This document shows positions 59,050 to 64,000 of a stretch of DNA of 64,000 nt, in pieces; the first letter of the stretch is position 1, and each line of letters starts with the position of its first letter. The notes beneath the pieces were generated by a model. It had not been told where the DNA came from and searched no databases. It worked only from the letters and a program-made list of their open reading frames with translations. The position numbers and the translations under genes are program-made. Source of the DNA: Candidatus Krumholzibacteriia bacterium (lineage in GTDB: Bacteria > Krumholzibacteriota > Krumholzibacteriia > Krumholzibacteriales > Krumholzibacteriaceae); the NCBI GenBank assembly GCA_963836185.1, contig CAWIIQ010000001.1, positions 1,664,001 to 1,728,000 of the forward strand. The letters run 5' to 3'.

Positions 59050-60494
59050 TGGTCGTCCTTTCTCCTGCTCTCCACCAGACATCCCGCGTCCCCGTCGTGA
59101 AAGTTGACGGAGATCCTTCCTCCCTCTTCGAGCTCCTCGATACTGCCAATTATCGTGCTTCCATCCGCCGCGGTACAATATGTATATCCCCGTCCCAGGA
59201 CCTCTTTCGGTCCCAGGCCCTTCAGCGCCCTGAGTTTTCCTGACAGATCGGAACTTGCCGAGACCGAATTTCCCTCGATCTTCAGCCTGAGCGTATTCAT
59301 CAGATTCTCGAGCCTCTCCCTCCTCGCCTCCACCCCTCCTGCCGGCGAATACCTTGCTATGCGCTCAGACAGGGCGCCCAGCCTTCCTTCGGTCACCCGC
59401 ATGGTTCCCGTCAGGATAGCCCCGAGTCTGTCACCGAGATCACGCACCCTTGACATGCCCGTATCAGTAACCGCCTCCCGCCATCCGACCAGTCTGTCTA
59501 CCCTGTCTGTCAGCTCCAGCCTGGAGCGGTCGAGCGTATGTTCGATAGACGGGAAAGCGGAGGAGCGAAGCATGAACTCGACACGGTCCAGCCTTTTTAT
59601 CGCGTCAGCCGAGCAGAGAGTCGCGATCTTCTCGACAAGCATGTCGAGTCCTCTTCTTATCTCCTGAGAATCGGGAGAGACGACCTCAGCCGCGGCAGTC
59701 GGCGTCGCCGCGCTCACATCCGAGACGTAATCGCAGACCGTCGTATCGATCTCGTGGCCGATCCCGGTGACCACGGGGAAAGGGCAGTCCGCTACTGCTC
59801 TCGCTACCGGTTCGGAATTGAACGTCCAGAGATCTCCTGCGCTCCCCCCGCCCCTGGCCAGTATGACAACATCAATCCCTTCCATCTCTTTCAAACGTTC
59901 AAATGCCTCGACTATAGATCGGCCGGAATCATCACCCTGCACCGCGACCGGCAGGAGTACTGTCCTGGCGATCGGCCAGCGCCGGGCCAGGGTCGTCTGA
60001 ATATCCTTGATCGCGGCTCCAGCGGATGACGTTATGACAGCGATCATCTCTGGATACGCGGGGAGCTCCTTCTTTATTCCGGGATCGGTCAGCCCTTCAT
60101 CCATCAGCCTGGCGAGAAGCCTTCTCTTATCGAGCTCCAGTTCCCCCTCTCCCGCCATTCGCAGGCTGTCGGCTATAAGCTGTGTCCTGCCTCCCCCTCC
60201 GTAATGGGATATCCGCCCCGCTGCGACGGCAGTCATACCATTCTCGGGGGCAAAGTCGACGTTCCTCGTATTCCTGCTGAATATTACTACACCGAGTCTG
60301 CTCGACTCGTCGCGCAGAGTAAAATAGAAATGTCCCGAAGAATGCGCTGTGAAATTAGCTATCTCGCCAAGGACCGTGACATGTGGGAATTCCGATTCGA
60401 GACTCTGCCGGATCGCGTCTGAGAGTTCTGAAACGGTGTATATGTCGTCGGTCTCTTCCCCGGGGAGATGGTTATCGCGGCTCTCCATCATCAT
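59016..60494 (-). CDS. xseA: Exodeoxyribonuclease VII large subunit
   Basis: SGHFYFTLRD, ARGGGS, GIGHEID, TPTAAAE. Confidence 0.96.
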   Translation of the reverse strand: MMMESRDNHLPGEETDDIYTVSELSDAIRQSLESEFPHVTVLGEIANFTAHSSGHFYFTLRDESSRLGVVIFSRNTRNVDFAPENGMTAVAAGRISHYGGGGRTQLIADSLRMAGEGELELDKRRLLARLMDEGLTDPGIKKELPAYPEMIAVITSSAGAAIKDIQTTLARRWPIARTVLLPVAVQGDDSGRSIVEAFERLKEMEGIDVVILARGGGSAGDLWTFNSEPVARAVADCPFPVVTGIGHEIDTTVCDYVSDVSAATPTAAAEVVSPDSQEIRRGLDMLVEKIATLCSADAIKRLDRVEFMLRSSAFPSIEHTLDRSRLELTDRVDRLVGWREAVTDTGMSRVRDLGDRLGAILTGTMRVTEGRLGALSERIARYSPAGGVEARRERLENLMNTLRLKIEGNSVSASSDLSGKLRALKGLGPKEVLGRGYTYCTAADGSTIIGSIEELEEGGRISVNFHDGDAGCLVESRRKDDQWRRRLPSKTR

Positions 60495-61389
60495 CGGCTC
60501 CCAGTGCCATTCTTGCCGCCAGGTAAGTGTTCTTCATAAGCATCGCAACTGTCATCGGCCCGACGCCCCTGGGCACCGGAGTGATCAGGGAAGCCTTTGG
60601 CGCTACAGACTCGAAATCGACGTCTCCGACGAGCCTGTATCCCTTTTTGGCCGCTTCATCGTCGACCCTGTTGATTCCGACGTCGATGACGGCGACGCCC
60701 TCTTTGACCATGTCCCCCGTTATCATCTTCGGACTGCCGACCGCGGCGATGAGTATGTCGGCCGTACGAGTTATCGCTGGTATGTCTGATGTGCGTGAGT
60801 GGCAGATCGTCACTGTCGCGTTCCCGCCCTTCGCCTTCATAGCCAGAAGGAGAGCCATCGGTTTACCGACCAGTATGCTCCTGCCCACTATCACCGCGTG
60901 TTTTCCGGCGGTATCGAGCCCGTAATGATCCATCATCACGGTGATGCCGAGAGGGGTGCATGGAACGAGGCGAGGGCTGTCGGCAGCGAGCCTTCCTATA
61001 TTGAATGGATGGAGGCCGTCCACATCTTTTTCCGGTGAGATCCTCTCTATCACCTTCTGCTGATCGATATGCCCCGGAAGCGGCATCTGTACGAGGATCC
61101 CGTCGATACCGGGATCGTCGTTCAACCGGTCGAGCCGTTCGAGAAGTTCGGCTTCGGGTGTAGACTCAGGAAGCTCGATCAGGTCGGAATCTATCCCGCA
61201 CTTGCTGGCGGTCTTCACCTTCATGCCGACATATACCTGAGAAGCCGGATCCTCGCCTACGATCATCACTGTCAGCCTCGGGGGCCTGTGCTTAGCGGCA
61301 AAAGCGGGGATCTCGGATGCAAGCTGCTCTATGACCGAGGCCGCGACAGGCTTACCGAGCATGAGTTTCTCGTCATACATGCCGTTCAA
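60472..61389 (-). CDS. folD: Methylenetetrahydrofolate dehydrogenase/cyclohydrolase
   Basis: KDVDG, PCTP, GRSILVGKP, DVGINR, PRGVGPMT. Confidence 0.97.
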   Translation of the reverse strand: MNGMYDEKLMLGKPVAASVIEQLASEIPAFAAKHRPPRLTVMIVGEDPASQVYVGMKVKTASKCGIDSDLIELPESTPEAELLERLDRLNDDPGIDGILVQMPLPGHIDQQKVIERISPEKDVDGLHPFNIGRLAADSPRLVPCTPLGITVMMDHYGLDTAGKHAVIVGRSILVGKPMALLLAMKAKGGNATVTICHSRTSDIPAITRTADILIAAVGSPKMITGDMVKEGVAVIDVGINRVDDEAAKKGYRLVGDVDFESVAPKASLITPVPRGVGPMTVAMLMKNTYLAARMALGADDDGEPR

Positions 61390-62180
61390 CTGCTCTCTCC
61401 TTCGATTACCGGTTCATGTATCCGCTCCACGTTGGAGGCCATCCCGGTCGATTCGTTGACATCCACGAGCATCCCCTGGATCACGGGAGTATCGCCGCCG
61501 ACCTGGAAACGTACATTTATTCCCTTTAGAAACCGGTCGATGACCTGCTCGGGCCTCACTCCGATCACGGAGTTGAAAGGTCCCGCCATCCCCACATCGG
61601 TCTGATAGGCCATTCCCCCGGGAAATATCCGCTCATCGGCGGTAGGTACATGAGTGTGGCTTCCGGCAAGGATGCTTACACGGCCGTCGAGATAATAGGC
61701 CAGCGCGAGCTTCTCGCTTGTCGCCTCGGCATGAAAATCGACTATCCTGACCCTCACTCCCGCATCGATCTCCGAGAGGACCCTGTCCGCCGTTCTGAAC
61801 GGACAGTCTATGTCCGGCATGAAGGTACGTCCCTGAAGGTTGATCAAGCCCACTTTGACCGGTCCGGCATCAAAGACTCTCCAGCCCCTTCCCGGGACTC
61901 CGGGAGGGTAGTTGGCAGGCCTGAGAATATCAGTGCGTTCATCAAGAAGGGATATTCCCTCGCTCTTGTCCCAGATATGATTCCCGCTGGTCATCGCGTC
62001 GACACCGCTTGATGTGATCTCCTCGATAACCTTGCGGGTCACGCCGAACATCCCGGCGCCGTTCTCGACGTTTGCCGTACAGAAGTCCACGCCGAGCTTT
62101 TCCCTGAGCCGGGGAAGTCCGTTCTTGAGGGCCTGTCTCCCCGTCTTTGACAGCACATCTCCGATTATGAGTATTCTCAT
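61386..62180 (-). CDS. ymdB: YmdB-like metallophosphoesterase
   Basis: GD..., NVEN, GNHIWD, DFHAEATSEK, GSHTHV; directly downstream of rny. Confidence 0.93.
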   Translation of the reverse strand: MRILIIGDVLSKTGRQALKNGLPRLREKLGVDFCTANVENGAGMFGVTRKVIEEITSSGVDAMTSGNHIWDKSEGISLLDERTDILRPANYPPGVPGRGWRVFDAGPVKVGLINLQGRTFMPDIDCPFRTADRVLSEIDAGVRVRIVDFHAEATSEKLALAYYLDGRVSILAGSHTHVPTADERIFPGGMAYQTDVGMAGPFNSVIGVRPEQVIDRFLKGINVRFQVGGDTPVIQGMLVDVNESTGMASNVERIHEPVIEGESS

Positions 62181-62187
62181 CACAATG

Positions 62188-63756
62188 CTATCTTGCGTAT
62201 TCGACTGCCCGGGTCTCCCTGATCACCACTACCTTTATCTGGCCCGGATATTCCATATCGTCCTCAATCTTCCGGGAGATATCACCCGCGAGCTGCGCGG
62301 CCTGAGCATCGTCGATCCTCTTGTGACTGACAAGGATCCTGATCTCACGTCCGGCCTGGATCGCATACGATTTTTCGACTCCGTCAAAGGCATCGGCGAT
62401 CTTCTCGAGTTTCTCGAGACGGCGTATGTAGTTCTCCAGAGTCTCACGTCTGGCGCCCGGTCTCGCACCGGATATAGCATCAGCGGCCGAGATCACATGT
62501 GCTATCAGCGACTCGGCCTCGACATCCTCGTGATGAGCCGCTATCGCGTTTATGATGATGTCGTTTTCGCCGTACCTTCTCGCGAATTCCGCTCCGATCT
62601 CGGCGTGCGGTCCATCGATCTCGTGATCGGCGGCCTTTCCGATATCGTGCAGCAGGCCTGCCCGTTTGGCGACTACCGGATCGATACCGAGTTCACTCGC
62701 CAGGAGGCTCGAGACGAAAGCCACTTCCTTCGAATGCTGCAGCACGTTCTGCCCGTAAGAAGTCCTGTATCTCAGCCTGCCGAGCAGCCTGACGATCTCC
62801 GTATGCACTCCGTGGATATTGAGATCGAGTATAGTCTGCTCGCCGATCTCCATGATCTCCTCGTGGAGCTCTTTCCTTGTCTTTTCAACGAGTTCCTCGA
62901 TACGGCCCGGATGTATCCTTCCATCCTTGATCAGCTTTTCCAGGGACAGGCGGGCTACTTCTCGCCGGATAGGATCGAATCCCGACAGGATGACAGCCTC
63001 AGGAGTGTCGTCGATGATCACATCGATTCCCGTGGCGTTCTCGAACGCCCTGATGTTCCTGCCTTCGCGTCCGATGATCCTGCCCTTCATCTCATCGTTG
63101 GGAAGATCGACGACAGACACTGTGGACTCTACGACATGGTCAGCGGCACATCGCTCTATAGCCAGGGTGATTATCTTTCTGCTTATCTTCGAGGCGTTCC
63201 TCTCCGCCTCATCCTTGATCTCCTTGATCTGCTTAGCCGCGGCGGTACGGGCCTCGTTCTCCAGGTTCGAGATGAGGAGTTTCTTTGCCTCTTCCGTGCT
63301 CATCCCCGCGATTTTCTCAAGCTTCTCGTTCTGCCTGTGAAGGATCTCGTCAAGATGGGAGTTTTTCTCCGAGATCGCCTGGAGCTTCTTTTCAAGCGTC
63401 TTCTTCTTGTCGAGGAGTTCCAGTTCGCGCTTCTCGAGGAAATCGACCTTCCGGTTGATATTGTGCTCTTTCTCCTCAACGCGCCTCTCTACCTTCTTGA
63501 GCTCGTTTCTCGTCTCCGCAGTGTCCTTCTCGAACTGCTGCTTCGCCTTGTACCACTCGTCCTTTGCTTCGAGGACCGACGCCTTTTTCCTGGTCTCTGC
63601 CTCGCGCTGAGCTTCAGCGATAATGTTCTCCGCGAGTTTCTGAGTATGCTTCAGCTGACTCTGAGTCACCTTCCGGCTTATAAGCCAGCCCAGTAGAAAA
63701 CCTAGAAAAAGAACGAAGATCCCCGCCGAGATATAAAAGAAGATTGAATCCATCAT
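62188..63756 (-). CDS. rny: Ribonuclease Y
   Basis: N-terminal TM, coiled coil, KH ([12 protein letters not shown]), HD (LLHDIGK). Confidence 0.98.
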   Translation of the reverse strand: MMDSIFFYISAGIFVLFLGFLLGWLISRKVTQSQLKHTQKLAENIIAEAQREAETRKKASVLEAKDEWYKAKQQFEKDTAETRNELKKVERRVEEKEHNINRKVDFLEKRELELLDKKKTLEKKLQAISEKNSHLDEILHRQNEKLEKIAGMSTEEAKKLLISNLENEARTAAAKQIKEIKDEAERNASKISRKIITLAIERCAADHVVESTVSVVDLPNDEMKGRIIGREGRNIRAFENATGIDVIIDDTPEAVILSGFDPIRREVARLSLEKLIKDGRIHPGRIEELVEKTRKELHEEIMEIGEQTILDLNIHGVHTEIVRLLGRLRYRTSYGQNVLQHSKEVAFVSSLLASELGIDPVVAKRAGLLHDIGKAADHEIDGPHAEIGAEFARRYGENDIIINAIAAHHEDVEAESLIAHVISAADAISGARPGARRETLENYIRRLEKLEKIADAFDGVEKSYAIQAGREIRILVSHKRIDDAQAAQLAGDISRKIEDDMEYPGQIKVVVIRETRAVEYAR

Positions 63757-63883
63757 CTTCCGCCTTAGATCCGGCGGTTCACCTCCAATAATCGTTCAAT
63801 ACCACAAAACATTGACAATACATCAAATATGGGATACATAAAAATCTGTTATCCGGGAGTCTGGCTACGGAAGGAACTGAAAA

Positions 63884-64000
63884 AATTCCCCACTTGATGC
63901 CGTCCGCGAAAGATCTTTTTAAGCCCTGCCTAGAAAGGTGGAAATCCTCACGACACGTTCAGCCCTCCCGCCAGAGGCGGGTCCGGCATCCGGAGCCGGA
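63884..64000 (-). ncRNA. ssrS: 6S RNA, 3' part (5' end outside the window)
   Basis: Non-coding and upstream of rny, a position known for 6S RNA; minus strand ends GGACGGCATCAAGTGGGGAA with GC-rich internal stems. Confidence 0.6.

Noticed and set aside
62014-63696. 560-aa ORF on + (also 36757-37857, 37730-38734, 47959-49194 and other long antisense ORFs)
   Set aside because: Antisense shadows of well-supported genes (rny, response regulator, kinase, dehydrogenase); no recognisable motifs; expected from codon bias.

Overview
Mostly core chromosome of a diderm bacterium. Gene content and a C-terminal TWGAIK motif suggest a Candidatus Krumholzibacteriota/Latescibacterota-like lineage (inference). 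Genes run almost all on + up to 31570 and all on - from 31730, and a near-canonical dif site (31648-31675) sits in the convergence gap, so this is probably the replication terminus. Left arm: plsC, ispH, rpsA, mtaB, miaB, lapAB, mutS, a GAF/degenerate-GGDEF protein, mutL, miaA, der, plsY, gpsA, surE, pcm, an M23 lipoprotein, an RpoS-like sigma, apt and four tRNAs. Right arm: leuS, trxA, holA, lptE, an NtrC-type two-component system, an exopolysaccharide export/priming cluster with a diguanylate cyclase, recN, nadK, dxs, ispA, xseAB, folD, ymdB, rny, one tRNA and a partial 6S RNA. Most interesting: (1) an unannotated cassette behind tRNA-Arg(CCT) with a sigma54-type promoter and an 18-aa hydrophobic peptide, followed by an orphan structured ncRNA with consensus TTGACA/TATAAT hexamers; (2) a set of sigma54 promoters in front of c-di-GMP and EPS genes; (3) a priming glycosyltransferase with an Arg-rich DRR insertion resembling c-di-GMP-binding motifs; (4) a candidate C-terminal sorting signal. 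Frameshifts in several essential genes between 17 and 33 kb are most likely sequencing or assembly errors. All family assignments come from motif recognition by eye; no searches were run.
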